From the NCBI GenBank assembly GCA_014190675.1, contig BJGT01000005.1, forward strand, positions 2,466 through 66,465: 64,000 bases of DNA. The letters are read 5' to 3'. The stretch comes from Comamonadaceae bacterium (GTDB lineage Bacteria; Pseudomonadota; Gammaproteobacteria; Burkholderiales; Burkholderiaceae_C). Positions 55,134 through 64,000 of the stretch are shown one piece after another (positions within the stretch are counted from its first letter, which is position 1; every line of letters begins with the position of its first letter). Under the pieces are notes generated by a model that saw nothing but the letters and a program-made list of their open reading frames with translations, was not told the origin of the DNA and ran no database searches. Made by a program: the position numbers and the translations under genes.

Positions 55134-55247
55134 GCTCAGCCCTGCTCAACCGCGTGCCCGAGGTTGTGGATCTCCAGGCGCCGCCGCGGACCCATGCCGC
55201 GCACGCATTTGTGTATGTTGTAGGTGGCAACCCGTATCAGTTGCACA

Positions 55248-55727
55248 TCACAGCCCTGCAGTAGCCGCCAAAAAACGCGGCAGCATCAAAATTGCCTCGG
55301 CGTTAGAGGGGGAAAAACAGCTGCTCGCGGCCTGCTGGTAAGGCAACCACTGCCAGGCACTGTGTTCGCGCGGGTTCAGGCGCACCGGCCCGGCCACGGG
55401 CACCCTTAGACCAAACAGATGCTCGGTGTTGCGCGTCACACCTGGCGCGTAGCGGTGTTGCCAGCGGGGATAAATGTCGTACACATTCTCCAGTTGCCAG
55501 TCCTGCAGCGCACCGGCCAGTGCGGAGTCTGGCGCGCAGTCGATACCGGTTTCCTCCCAGACTTCGCGCACCGCAGTCTGCCAGTAGGCTTCTTCTGGCG
55601 CATCTTTGCTGCCGGTCACCGACTGCCAGAAATCAGCCCCATCGGCGCGACGGATCAGTAAGACTTCGAGGGCCGGGGTGTGTATCACCACCAGCACCGA
55701 TTCGGGAATCTTGAAGATATTGGCCAT
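55248..55727 (-). CDS. nudB: dihydroneopterin triphosphate diphosphatase (Nudix)
   Basis: PESVLVVIHT...FWQSVTGSKDAPEEAYWQTAVREVWEETGI closely parallels E. coli NudB. It lies next to aspS, as in E. coli. Confidence 0.85.
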   Translation of the reverse strand: MANIFKIPESVLVVIHTPALEVLLIRRADGADFWQSVTGSKDAPEEAYWQTAVREVWEETGIDCAPDSALAGALQDWQLENVYDIYPRWQHRYAPGVTRNTEHLFGLRVPVAGPVRLNPREHSAWQWLPYQQAASSCFSPSNAEAILMLPRFLAATAGL

Positions 55728-55802
55728 GAAAAGGGCGCCCCAAGAGCGCCCGGTGATTCTGCCTCAGGCTTGCCGCATTGCCCAAGCTTTGCTTGAGATT
55801 GG

Positions 55803-57608
55803 CTAGGCGACTTCGGCCTTGCGTAACCTGATGTGCAGCTCGCGCAGCTGTTTTTCATCCACCAGGCCGGGCGCCTGGGTCAGCAGGCACTGGGCGCGCT
55901 GCGTCTTGGGGAAGGCAATCACATCACGAATCGAATCTGCGCCGGTCATTAGCGTCACGATCCGGTCTAGGCCAAAGGCTATGCCACCATGGGGCGGCGC
56001 GCCATACTGCAAGGCATCAAGTAAAAAGCCGAACTTGTCCTGGGCTTCTTCAGGGCTGATTTTGAGCGCATCAAACACCTTTTTCTGCACATCGGCACGG
56101 TGAATGCGCACTGAGCCACCACCCATCTCCCAGCCATTGAGCACCAAGTCGTAGCCCTGGGAGACGCACTGCTCAGGGGCGGTCTCCATCAGGTCTTCAT
56201 GGCCGGGCTTGGGCGCGGTGAAGGGATGGTGCACGGCCGTGTGTCGTTGTGCCTCTTCGTCAAATTCAAACATCGGGAAATCAATCACCCACAGCGGGCG
56301 CCAGCCGGCTTCAAGCAAACCATTGCGCCGGCCAAACTCACTGTGTCCGACCTTGACGCGCAAGGCACCAACCGCGTCATTGACCACCTTGGACCGGTCG
56401 GCGCCAAAGAAAATCAGGTCGCCATCCTGCGCCTGCGTTCGATCCAGCAGGGCGCTCAAAGCCCGGTCGTGAATATTCTTGACGATCGGGCTCTGCAGCC
56501 CATCGCGTCCAAGTGCGCGGTCATTGACCTTGATGTAGGCCAAGCCCTTGGCCCCGTAGATCTTGACGAACTCGGTGTACGCATCAATTTCGCCCCGGCT
56601 CAAGCCGCCGCTTTCACGCGCGCCACCGGGAATACGCAAACCGACCACCCGGCCGTCCTTCATGGTGGCGGCACTCGCGAAAACTTTGAAATCGACATCG
56701 GCCATGACATCAGTCAATTCGGTCAGCTCAAGCTTGACCCGCAAGTCCGGCTTGTCCGAACCGTACTGGCGCATCGCCTGCGCATAGGTCATCACTGGAA
56801 ACTCGCCCAGATCGACCTTCAGGGTGGCCTCAAACACGGTCTTAATCATGTCCTGGAACAGGTCGCGAATATCCTGTTCGCTCAAAAAAGAGGTTTCGAT
56901 GTCGATTTGTGTGAATTCGGGCTGGCGGTCAGCACGCAAATCTTCGTCCCGGAAGCACTTGGTGATCTGGTAATAACGGTCAAAGCCGGCGACCATGAGC
57001 AACTGCTTGAACAATTGGGGGCTTTGTGGCAGCGCAAAGAAGTGCCCATCATGCACGCGGCTGGGCACCAGGTAGTCTCGCGCGCCCTCGGGTGTCGACT
57101 TGCCCAGCATAGGCGTCTCGATATCCACAAAACCATGGGCATCAAGAAATTTACGCACCTCCATGGCTACGCGGTAGCGCAACATCAGGTTGTTCTGCAT
57201 GTAGGGGCGGCGCAAATCCAGCACGCGGTGCGTCAGGCGCGTGGTCTCGCTGAGGTTGTCGTCGTCAAGTTGGAACGGCGGCGTGACCGAGGGGTTGAGC
57301 ACAGTGAGTTCATGACACAGCACCTCGATGCTGCCGCTCTTGAGTTGCTCGTTGCTGGTGCCCTCGGGGCGGGCACGCACCAGACCCTTGATCTGAATAC
57401 AAAATTCGTTGCGCAGCCCCTCGGCGGTGGCAAACATGTCAGGCCGGTCGGGGTCACACACCACCTGAACATAGCCCTCTCTGTCGCGTAGATCGACAAA
57501 TATCACGCCGCCATGATCCCGCCGGCGGTTAACCCAGCCGCATAGCGTGACTGTCTGTCCCGACAGGGCTTGAGTCACCAGACCGCAATAATGAGAGCGC
57601 ATGGCCAT
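55803..57608 (-). CDS. aspS: aspartate--tRNA ligase
   Basis: 601 aa with an N-terminal OB anticodon-binding domain, class II motifs ([18 protein letters not shown]; GGIAFGLDR) and the bacterial insertion domain. Confidence 0.97.
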   Translation of the reverse strand: MAMRSHYCGLVTQALSGQTVTLCGWVNRRRDHGGVIFVDLRDREGYVQVVCDPDRPDMFATAEGLRNEFCIQIKGLVRARPEGTSNEQLKSGSIEVLCHELTVLNPSVTPPFQLDDDNLSETTRLTHRVLDLRRPYMQNNLMLRYRVAMEVRKFLDAHGFVDIETPMLGKSTPEGARDYLVPSRVHDGHFFALPQSPQLFKQLLMVAGFDRYYQITKCFRDEDLRADRQPEFTQIDIETSFLSEQDIRDLFQDMIKTVFEATLKVDLGEFPVMTYAQAMRQYGSDKPDLRVKLELTELTDVMADVDFKVFASAATMKDGRVVGLRIPGGARESGGLSRGEIDAYTEFVKIYGAKGLAYIKVNDRALGRDGLQSPIVKNIHDRALSALLDRTQAQDGDLIFFGADRSKVVNDAVGALRVKVGHSEFGRRNGLLEAGWRPLWVIDFPMFEFDEEAQRHTAVHHPFTAPKPGHEDLMETAPEQCVSQGYDLVLNGWEMGGGSVRIHRADVQKKVFDALKISPEEAQDKFGFLLDALQYGAPPHGGIAFGLDRIVTLMTGADSIRDVIAFPKTQRAQCLLTQAPGLVDEKQLRELHIRLRKAEVA

Positions 57609-57627
57609 AGACAGCTTTCAACAAAGG

Positions 57628-58269
57628 TTACGGGATGTCGGACCTAACCGGCGCAGCCGGTGGAACCACTCCCATCGAAATGACATAGGTCAGCGCCTCG
57701 TCAACACTCATGTTGAGTTCAATCACCTCGGCGCGCGGTATCAGCAAAAAAAATCCGCTGGTCGGGTTGGGCGTGGTGGGCACGTAGACGCTGACATAGT
57801 CTCCGCCCAGGCGGCCTGCCACTTCGCCCACTGGCGCGCCGGTCTGAAAGGCAATGGTCCAGGAACCAGCTCGGGGGTATTGCACCAAAAGAGCGGTTCT
57901 GAAAGCATTTCCGGTATTTGAGAACAGCGTGTCCGAGACCTTTTTGACGCTGTTGTAAATGGTCTTGAACACTGGAATATTGGTGAACAATTTGTTGAGC
58001 TGCCTGAGCCACCACCGCCCAGCCACGTTGGACACCAAGGCACCCGTCAAAAGCAAAGCGGCAAACACCAGCACCACGCCCAGGCCAGGAATATGACGCA
58101 GGCCCTCAAGTTGCACACCCATGGCGGTGGATGTCACGACTGTTAGGCCGGTTAAAACACCACCCAAAATACCATCAAGCAGGCCCACCAGCCACAACAA
58201 CACCCAAAAAGTAATCGCCAATGGCAACCAGACCAGCACACCGGTGATTAGGTATTTTTTTAAGCGCAT
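57628..58269 (-). CDS. DUF502 domain-containing membrane protein
   Basis: 213 aa. MRLKKYLITGVLVWLPLAITFWVL plus the PTTPNPTSGF block typical of DUF502. Confidence 0.75.
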   Translation of the reverse strand: MRLKKYLITGVLVWLPLAITFWVLLWLVGLLDGILGGVLTGLTVVTSTAMGVQLEGLRHIPGLGVVLVFAALLLTGALVSNVAGRWWLRQLNKLFTNIPVFKTIYNSVKKVSDTLFSNTGNAFRTALLVQYPRAGSWTIAFQTGAPVGEVAGRLGGDYVSVYVPTTPNPTSGFFLLIPRAEVIELNMSVDEALTYVISMGVVPPAAPVRSDIP

Positions 58270-58327
58270 GACCGAGCCTGGAAAGAATGGGGTATCAAAT
58301 CTGCGGCGTCACGCGCATGACGGCGAA

Positions 58328-58675
58328 TCAAGGCGTAGTGCCGCCGCTGGCCGCCGTCGGAGCCGCTGCCGGCTTGGCTGCGGCCTCGACTGGCTTGGAT
58401 GCGGTCTCGGCTGGTTTGGCCTCGCCGTCTGCTGGTCGTTTGGTCTCGGCGCTACCTGAATCAGCCTCTGGCTTGGCCGGCGCGGGGGCCCCGCTGCCTT
58501 TGAAATCTGTGGCGTACCATCCAGAACCCTTGAGCTGAAAGCCCGCCGCTGTAACTTGTTTTTTGAAGCTGCCGGTGCCGCAACTCGGACAGTCCGACAG
58601 CGGCGGATCAGACATTTTTTGCAGCAAATCCTTGGAAAACCCGCAGGACTCGCATTTGTAGGCATAAATTGGCAT
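58328..58675 (-). CDS. FmdB family zinc-ribbon protein with low-complexity tail
   Basis: Start at ATG comp(58673..58675): MPIYAYKCESCGFSKDLLQKMSDPPLSDCPSCG. The C-terminus is Ala/Lys/Pro/Glu-rich. Confidence 0.8.
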   Translation of the reverse strand: MPIYAYKCESCGFSKDLLQKMSDPPLSDCPSCGTGSFKKQVTAAGFQLKGSGWYATDFKGSGAPAPAKPEADSGSAETKRPADGEAKPAETASKPVEAAAKPAAAPTAASGGTTP

Positions 58676-58756
58676 GGCTTGAGTACTTGGGGCAGCGTGC
58701 AAAGCCTTCGATTATAAGACGCCACCCTGCGGCTGCCGACCCGGCTGGCAATCCGC

Positions 58757-60322
58757 TCAAAAAACCCGTGCGTGTGCAAAAAACTGCACCGCCAAGAGAC
58801 CAAGAACAAAGCCCACTGCAAGATAGCCCAGGCGCTGAAGCAGCCGGTTGGTTCGCTTTTGTTCGGTTAACAGTTCAGCCATCAGGCGGTCCGGCTGGGG
58901 CTTGCTAGTCTTTAGAAAATCGTAAAAAAGCCGCGGCAATTCCGGAAAGCGCTTGGCATACTGTGGCGCCTCTTTGCGTAGCTCTGCAAAAAGCTTGGCT
59001 GGGCCGATTTCATCGATCATCCATTTCTCTAAGAACGGCTTGGCCGTGTTCCACAGGTCGAGGTCAGGGTCGAGTTGGCGCCCGAGGCCCTCGATATTGA
59101 GCAGGGTTTTTTGCAGCAACACCAACTGCGGCTGGATTTCAACAGAGAAACGGCGCGAGGTCTGAAACAAGCGCATCAGCACCAAGCCCAGCGAGATTTC
59201 TTTCAGCGGCCGATCAAAGTAGGGCTCGCAGACCGAGCGGATGGCTGATTCAAGCTCGTCCACGCGTGTGCTCGCCGGCACCCAGCCCGACTCGATGTGC
59301 AACTCGGCCACCCGCTTGTAGTCGCGCCGGAAAAAGGCCGTGAAATTTTGCGCTAGGTACTCCTTGTCTGAGCCAGTCAAAGTGCCCACAATGCCGAAAT
59401 CCAGCGAAATATAGCGACCGAAGGTGGCCGGCTCTACGCTCACCTGGATGTTTCCAGGGTGCATGTCGGCATGAAAAAATCCGTCCCTGAACACCTGCGT
59501 AAAAAAGATGGTGACGCCGTCGCGCGCCAATTTGGGGATATCAACGCCCGCAGCACGCAGACGCTCCACTTGGCTGATGGGGATGCCGTACATCCGCTCC
59601 ATGACAATGACCTCGGTCATGCAGAAATCCCAGATCATTTCTGGAATCAGCACCAAATCCAGGCCGGCCATATTTCGCCTGAGCTGAGCAGCGCTGGAAG
59701 CTTCGCGCACCAGATCGAGCTCGTCGTGCAGGTATTTGTCAAACTCGGCTACCACCTCGCGTGGCTTGAGGCGCCGGCCGTCAGCCGACAGGCCTTCGAC
59801 CCAGCCAGCCATCATGCGCATCAGGCTGAGGTCTTTTTCGATCACCTTGAGCATGCCCGGGCGCAGCACTTTGACGGCAACGTCCCGGTCGCGGCCCTGG
59901 CGGTCTTTGAGAACCCCAAAATGCACCTGAGCAATTGATGCACTGGCGACTGGCTCTCGCTCAAAGGAAACAAAAATATCGCTGATTTTTTTGCCAAAGG
60001 CCCGCTCGATCGAGGCAATCGCCACATCGCTGCCAAATGGCGGCACCCGGTCCTGCAGGCGGGCCAGTTCGTCGGCAATGTCGAGCGGCAATAAATCGCG
60101 CCGGGTGGAAAGCACCTGGCCGAACTTGACAAAAATTGGCCCCAATCGCTCCAGCGCCTCCCGGATGCGTTGGCCACGCGGCGCGTCGAGTTGACGACCT
60201 ACCGAGACAACCCTGGCCAACAGCCGCAGCCAAGGCTTTTGGAAGCTGCTCAGGACAAGCTCGTCGAGGCCATAGCGAAAGCAAATCCAGAAAATGTAGA
60301 ACCCGCGCAGCAGGCGGATCAT
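58757..60322 (-). CDS. ubiB: ubiquinone biosynthesis regulatory protein kinase UbiB
   Basis: 521 aa ABC1/ADCK-type kinase-like protein ([15 protein letters not shown]) with C-terminal TM helices. Confidence 0.95.
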   Translation of the reverse strand: MIRLLRGFYIFWICFRYGLDELVLSSFQKPWLRLLARVVSVGRQLDAPRGQRIREALERLGPIFVKFGQVLSTRRDLLPLDIADELARLQDRVPPFGSDVAIASIERAFGKKISDIFVSFEREPVASASIAQVHFGVLKDRQGRDRDVAVKVLRPGMLKVIEKDLSLMRMMAGWVEGLSADGRRLKPREVVAEFDKYLHDELDLVREASSAAQLRRNMAGLDLVLIPEMIWDFCMTEVIVMERMYGIPISQVERLRAAGVDIPKLARDGVTIFFTQVFRDGFFHADMHPGNIQVSVEPATFGRYISLDFGIVGTLTGSDKEYLAQNFTAFFRRDYKRVAELHIESGWVPASTRVDELESAIRSVCEPYFDRPLKEISLGLVLMRLFQTSRRFSVEIQPQLVLLQKTLLNIEGLGRQLDPDLDLWNTAKPFLEKWMIDEIGPAKLFAELRKEAPQYAKRFPELPRLFYDFLKTSKPQPDRLMAELLTEQKRTNRLLQRLGYLAVGFVLGLLAVQFFAHARVF

Positions 60323-60879
60323 GGGTGCACTTGCTGGGTCGGGCCGGCCACCCTGTTGAGCAGAAACTGCCGCAGAGCCTGAACCAGAGTTTGAGCCCCG
60401 CCAGCCAATGCATGGGCGGGGCCGTCACCCACCAGGCGAGCCAGGTCTTCTTCGATATCCCAGCGCACATGATCAACCAGCCAGTTGACCTCGGCGGCAA
60501 GCTGCACATTGCCCTCCACCCGCACCTCGGGTTTATCACCTTGCAGCAACAGTTGAAGCAAAGCCAAGGGCTGTGTCTGCGTCAGCAGCAGGCTCAAATC
60601 GGCAGGTGCGCCCGGCGGCGCAACATCAAACAGTCCAGCCGGGGTGGCCACCCAGTCGACGGCCCAACTGCGCCATTGCACATGGATCACCGAGCCTTTT
60701 TGCCTGGCCAGCCGAGCCAATGCCTCAGGCTCTTGCAGCAAAATATGATTCACCAAAGACAGTAGCCGGCGTTGCGCTTCCTCGAGCGCCCAAAGCGGAG
60801 GCCGCAATTGCGACAGGGGAAGTTGTTGCAAGAAAGTGCCGAGCCAAGAAAAAGGGGACTGTGTTGCCATAATCCCCAA
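60319..60879 (-). CDS. ubiJ: ubiquinone biosynthesis accessory factor UbiJ (SCP2 domain)
   Basis: 186 aa, positioned between the Tim44-like gene and ubiB, with ATGA-type overlap with ubiB. SCP2-like N-terminal half. Confidence 0.7.
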   Translation of the reverse strand: MGIMATQSPFSWLGTFLQQLPLSQLRPPLWALEEAQRRLLSLVNHILLQEPEALARLARQKGSVIHVQWRSWAVDWVATPAGLFDVAPPGAPADLSLLLTQTQPLALLQLLLQGDKPEVRVEGNVQLAAEVNWLVDHVRWDIEEDLARLVGDGPAHALAGGAQTLVQALRQFLLNRVAGPTQQVHP

Positions 60880-60925
60880 TTATTCCTTGAATTGGCGAAC
60901 GCGAGACCGCGTGCGCCCGAACAGC

Positions 60926-61888
60926 CTACTGCAGGGCCTGCACCCCAGCCACCAGCCAGCCGCTGTTCCCGCTCTTGGGCTTGGTCATGTTCCAGACTTC
61001 GCGGAAAGGGCTGGGCACGGCTGTGGCCTCTTCCCGAATCATGCCGTTGAACTCGACGCTGGCCATGTACTCCCCCTCGAGTTCTTCGATGCCAAGTAGA
61101 TGGGCCTCAATCTTGACCACATCAGTCTGGTTGGCTGGTGCCCCAGTGTGCGCCTCGCGCTCGGACAGCTGGGTTTGCATTTCTCGCAACATGGCGTCGG
61201 TCATCATGGCGCGCAGGGCGCCGATATCAGACTTGTCCCAAGCCGCCTGCAGGGTGATGAAGTTTGCCTTTGCCGCAGACAGGAAACCATCGGTGTCAAA
61301 GCCCGCTGGCACGCCCCAGCTCTGGGAACCTGCCAGGCCGGAACCAATCATGGAGCCGGAGGAGCCTGTATGGCTTGCATCAAATGCTGTGTTGGCGCGC
61401 TCCCAGGGCCGCGCAGAAGCATCGTTACCCACATTGGCTGGGTTGTAAGCGACTGGCGAGGGGACATTGGCGCCGGCTCCTTGAAACGCAAATGGTTCGG
61501 TGTTGGCAGGGTCTCGCGCCTGCGCAGCCCTTCTGGAGCGCATGAACCAGCCCACCGCCAACATGATGCCAAAGGCCAGCAGGCCAAACATCAACATCTG
61601 GCCAAAGCCCTCTCCCATGCCCATAGAGTGCGCCAACCAAGCCAGACCCAGACCTGCCGCAAGGCCGCCGAGCATCGCTCCCCAAGGCCGCTTGGGCGCT
61701 GCAGCAGCGGCGCCTGCAGCCGCCGGTGCGGCAGCCGGCTTCGCTGCGCTTTGCGCCGGCGCTGACTCGCGCTGGGTCACATTGCCCGATTGCTTACCCG
61801 CGGACTGGCCGCCGCCCAGGCGCTTGGCCTCTGCGTTAAAACCAGCCAAGGCAAGTAAAACTGTGAATAACAAAGCCCAAATTTTCAT
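60926..61888 (-). CDS. Tim44-like domain-containing protein
   Basis: Start at ATG comp(61886..61888) (MKIWALLFTVLLALAGFNAEA signal). Ala-rich linker, one TM, and a C-terminal Tim44-like domain (...ITLQAAWDKSDIGALRAMMTDAMLREM...). Confidence 0.75.
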   Translation of the reverse strand: MKIWALLFTVLLALAGFNAEAKRLGGGQSAGKQSGNVTQRESAPAQSAAKPAAAPAAAGAAAAAPKRPWGAMLGGLAAGLGLAWLAHSMGMGEGFGQMLMFGLLAFGIMLAVGWFMRSRRAAQARDPANTEPFAFQGAGANVPSPVAYNPANVGNDASARPWERANTAFDASHTGSSGSMIGSGLAGSQSWGVPAGFDTDGFLSAAKANFITLQAAWDKSDIGALRAMMTDAMLREMQTQLSEREAHTGAPANQTDVVKIEAHLLGIEELEGEYMASVEFNGMIREEATAVPSPFREVWNMTKPKSGNSGWLVAGVQALQ

Positions 61889-61942
61889 AACGTCTCCAAA
61901 GAATGTTTGCAAAGCCTGCGGATGATAGTCAAAAAGCAAGTT

Positions 61943-62674
61943 TCAAGCCTTGATTCCAACATGCAAGGCCACCAGCCCACCCGTCAGGTTGTGATAGTCC
62001 ACATGCGCGAAACCACCTTCTAACAGCATGGTCTTAAGAGTTTGTTGGTCAGGATGCATGCGAATGGACTCCGCCAGGTAGCGATAACTGTCTGCATCGC
62101 CGGCCACCAACTGTCCCAGTCGGGGCAGAATGTTGAAGGAATACCAGTCGTAGGCCCGTTGCAAGGGCGCCACAACCTTGGAGAATTCAAGCACCAGCAA
62201 CTTGCCACCGGGCCTGAGCACCCTGTGCATTTCAGCCAGGGCGCGGTCTTTGTGAGTCATGTTGCGCAGACCAAACGCCACGCTGACGGCATGGAAATAA
62301 TTGTCGGCAAAGGGCAGTTGCTCAGCATCACAAACGGCTGTTGGCAGGGCCACGCCGGCATCAAGCAGGCGGTTGCGTCCACTGCGCAACATCGCTTCGT
62401 TGATGTCGGTGTGCACCACACGCCCGGTTTTACCCACTTTTTTCGAAAAGGCCAGCGCCAAGTCGCCAGTGCCCCCGGCGATGTCGAGCACCATGTAGCC
62501 ATCTCGAACATCGGCTACCAGCAAGGTGAAGGCCTTCCAGGCGCGGTGCAGGCCCAGCGACATCAGGTCATTCATGACGTCGTAGCGGGGCGCGACAGAA
62601 TCAAAGACGCCGCGAACATGCCGCGCTTTGTCGGCTTCGTCAACCGATTTGTAACCAAAATGGGTTGCTGTCAT
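61943..62674 (-). CDS. ubiE: bifunctional demethylmenaquinone / 2-methoxy-6-polyprenyl-1,4-benzoquinol methyltransferase UbiE
   Basis: Start at ATG comp(62672..62674): [42 protein letters not shown] motif [10 protein letters not shown]. The track ORF is extended by 91 codons. Confidence 0.95.
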   Translation of the reverse strand: MTATHFGYKSVDEADKARHVRGVFDSVAPRYDVMNDLMSLGLHRAWKAFTLLVADVRDGYMVLDIAGGTGDLALAFSKKVGKTGRVVHTDINEAMLRSGRNRLLDAGVALPTAVCDAEQLPFADNYFHAVSVAFGLRNMTHKDRALAEMHRVLRPGGKLLVLEFSKVVAPLQRAYDWYSFNILPRLGQLVAGDADSYRYLAESIRMHPDQQTLKTMLLEGGFAHVDYHNLTGGLVALHVGIKA

Positions 62675-62687
62675 GGTTGCCGCAGGC

Positions 62688-63101
62688 TCAATGACTGGCG
62701 CAGCCATGCCCGCCCTTTTCGGGCATGGGCGCATCGCGTTGCGCGCCAGCAGCCAGCAAACGCCGGTTGTAGTCAGCCCACAGACGGTCCTGCTGGGAGC
62801 CCAAAAAATACAGGTAATCCCAGGAGAAAATACCGGTGTCGTGGCCGTCCGAAAACGCGGGCTGAACCGCATAATTTCCCACCGGCTCGAGCCCCGCGAG
62901 GGTGACCTCGCGTTTGCCGGTTTGCAGCACCTCTTGGCCGGGTCCATGGCCCTGTACCTCGGCAGAAGGCGAATAAACCCGCATTAGCTCAAACGGTATG
63001 CGAAACGCAGCCCCGTCAGAAAAGCCCACCTCCAACACGCGCGAGGCGCTGTGTACCGTGATTGATTGCGGCGTTGGCGCGCCGGCTTGCAAACCTGCCA
63101 T
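62688..63101 (-). CDS. DUF971 domain-containing protein
   Basis: 137 aa. [17 protein letters not shown]...[27 protein letters not shown] is the DUF971 pattern (gamma-butyrobetaine hydroxylase N-terminal-like). Confidence 0.8.
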   Translation of the reverse strand: MAGLQAGAPTPQSITVHSASRVLEVGFSDGAAFRIPFELMRVYSPSAEVQGHGPGQEVLQTGKREVTLAGLEPVGNYAVQPAFSDGHDTGIFSWDYLYFLGSQQDRLWADYNRRLLAAGAQRDAPMPEKGGHGCASH

Positions 63102-63365
63102 TTTTGTACCTCACTCGGCAGGCGCAACCCCTGCCAACAGATTGATTTGAGCGCAAAGAGGATCTCGGCCCGGGCCCATCCACACATGCGGCGCTACAGT
63201 ACCACGGATTGCATCGCCGGATCGTCCGACCTAATCTTGAGGACGCACCAGCAGGTCAAACCAAGGCGCAGGGGGCTGTAACCATTCGCTGCTCTGCTGC
63301 TGGCAGCTGGACGCTCAGGACACTCAGTGCGGCTTCATCGGTGCCGCGCTGGGGCCTGCCATGCG

Positions 63366-64000
63366 CTACACCAACACCCGCTCGATACCGCCGAGGTTGG
63401 CTTGACGCACATAGTCGGGTAACCATTGCTCACCCAGGATTTGGCGGGCCATCTCAACCACGATGTAGTCGGCCTCCAGCAAGCCGTTTTGCAGGTCGTC
63501 GCCAAAACGGCTCAGGCCCTGCAGGCAGGCCGGGCAGCTGGTAAGGATTTTGACGTTGTCGCGCTCGCCCAGCAGGCCCTGGCTACGCAACTGGGCTTCG
63601 CCCTTGAGGATTTCTTCTTCTTTGCGAAAGCGCACCTGGGTCGAGATGTCGGGCCGGTTCAGCGCCAAGGTGCCGGCTTCGCCGCAGCAGCGCTGGGATT
63701 GCAGCACCTGATCGCCTAGCAGCGCCTTGACAGTTTTGATCGGCTCCTGCTGCTTCATGGGGCTGTGGCAGGGGTCGTGGAACAAAAAGGCGCCAGCGTT
63801 TGCCAAGGTGATGTTTTTTTCCAGCAGGTACTCATGGATGTCGATGATGCGGCTGCCGGGGAAGATTTTGTCAAACTCGTAGCCCTGCAGCTGGTCAAAA
63901 CAGGTGCCGCAACTGACCACCACGGTCTTGATGTCCAGGTAGTTCAGGGTGTTGGCCACGCGGTGGAACAGCACCCGGTTGTCGGTGATGAGTTTTTCGG
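63366..64000 (-). CDS. C-terminal part of a large (Fe-S)-binding oxidoreductase with CCG cysteine-rich domains (GlcF/HdrD-like); 5' end outside the window
   Basis: The reading frame is open to the right edge. CCG-type motifs: VSCGTCFDQL, HDPCH, RCCGEAG, TSCPACLQG. Confidence 0.75.
   Translation of the reverse strand, partial: EKLITDNRVLFHRVANTLNYLDIKTVVVSCGTCFDQLQGYEFDKIFPGSRIIDIHEYLLEKNITLANAGAFLFHDPCHSPMKQQEPIKTVKALLGDQVLQSQRCCGEAGTLALNRPDISTQVRFRKEEEILKGEAQLRSQGLLGERDNVKILTSCPACLQGLSRFGDDLQNGLLEADYIVVEMARQILGEQWLPDYVRQANLGGIERVLV

Noticed and set aside
56199-57491. 430-aa plus-strand ORF opposite aspS. Similar cases are 45023-46063 opposite gpsA/secB, 48367-49371 opposite ctp, and 62042-62905 opposite ubiE
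   Set aside because: These are antisense shadows of well-supported housekeeping genes, with no independent evidence.
58340-58480. Quasi-repetitive GC-rich DNA (ggcttggctgcggcctcg...ggcttggatgcggtctcgg...)
   Set aside because: It lies inside the FmdB-family ORF and simply encodes its Ala/Lys/Pro/Glu low-complexity tail. It is not an independent repeat element.
61943-62947. Long N-terminal extensions of maximal ORFs. Examples: ubiE +91 codons, apbC +45, ComD-like +47, grxC +41, fdh-beta +27
   Set aside because: The extensions have no homology-like content and overlap neighbouring genes or promoters. Conserved N-termini with an RBS begin at internal ATGs, so the starts were trimmed.
1-64000. 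Search by eye for CRISPR arrays, rRNA/tRNA genes, IS elements, integrases, phage genes and known riboswitch cores (for example a Moco motif upstream of fdh or moeB)
   Set aside because: I saw none. There are no spaced direct-repeat arrays, no T-loop or anticodon-arm structures, and no transposase or integrase-like ORFs. A computational scan (tRNAscan-SE, Infernal/Rfam, ISfinder) would be needed to be certain.

Overview
By eye this is a high-GC chromosomal segment, roughly 60-65% GC with GC-rich third codon positions. It looks like a Comamonadaceae-type betaproteobacterium. The signs are many Bug/TctC solute-binding genes, a rhodanese-grxC-secB-gpsA block, and a DUF971-ubiE-Tim44-like-ubiJ-ubiB block. 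I call about 65 protein-coding genes.

Layout:
- 1-11.2 kb: a peptide salvage locus. It holds an isoaspartyl peptidase, a GntR-creatininase-PanE-like-SDR operon, a five-gene Dpp/Gsi-type ABC importer and an M32 carboxypeptidase.
- 11.1-15.8 kb: a two-subunit NAD-linked formate dehydrogenase.
- 15.9-17.3 kb: a small lower-GC islet with a damaged higBA module and a DUF4143 ATPase remnant.
- 17.3-36.7 kb: a catabolic accessory tract. It has two Cys-type sulfatase operons, four Bug/TctC loci (one with a nonsense codon, one truncated, one with foreign-looking composition) and four regulators (Crp/Fnr, GntR/HutC, LysR, plus the GntR at 2.8 kb).
- 36.8-64 kb: housekeeping genes (apbC, metG, SulP, scpA, gpsA, secB, grxC, gpmA, ctp, moeB, folE, cls, nudB, aspS, ubi genes). 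Two things interrupt them. One is a 1.7-kb toxin-antitoxin graveyard between apbC and metG. The other is a folE-BLUF-DUF429 operon converging on a GGDEF/MinD-like pair.

I found no rRNA, tRNA, CRISPR array, transposase or integrase.

The ORF track uses maximal ORFs with alternative starts. I trimmed N-termini where a conserved N-terminus plus an RBS pointed to an internal ATG.

Nothing here is an obvious complete novel system. The best leads are the translationally coupled BLUF-DUF429 pair behind folE and the two unusual sulfatase operons. All functional calls rest on motif recognition by eye, not on database searches.
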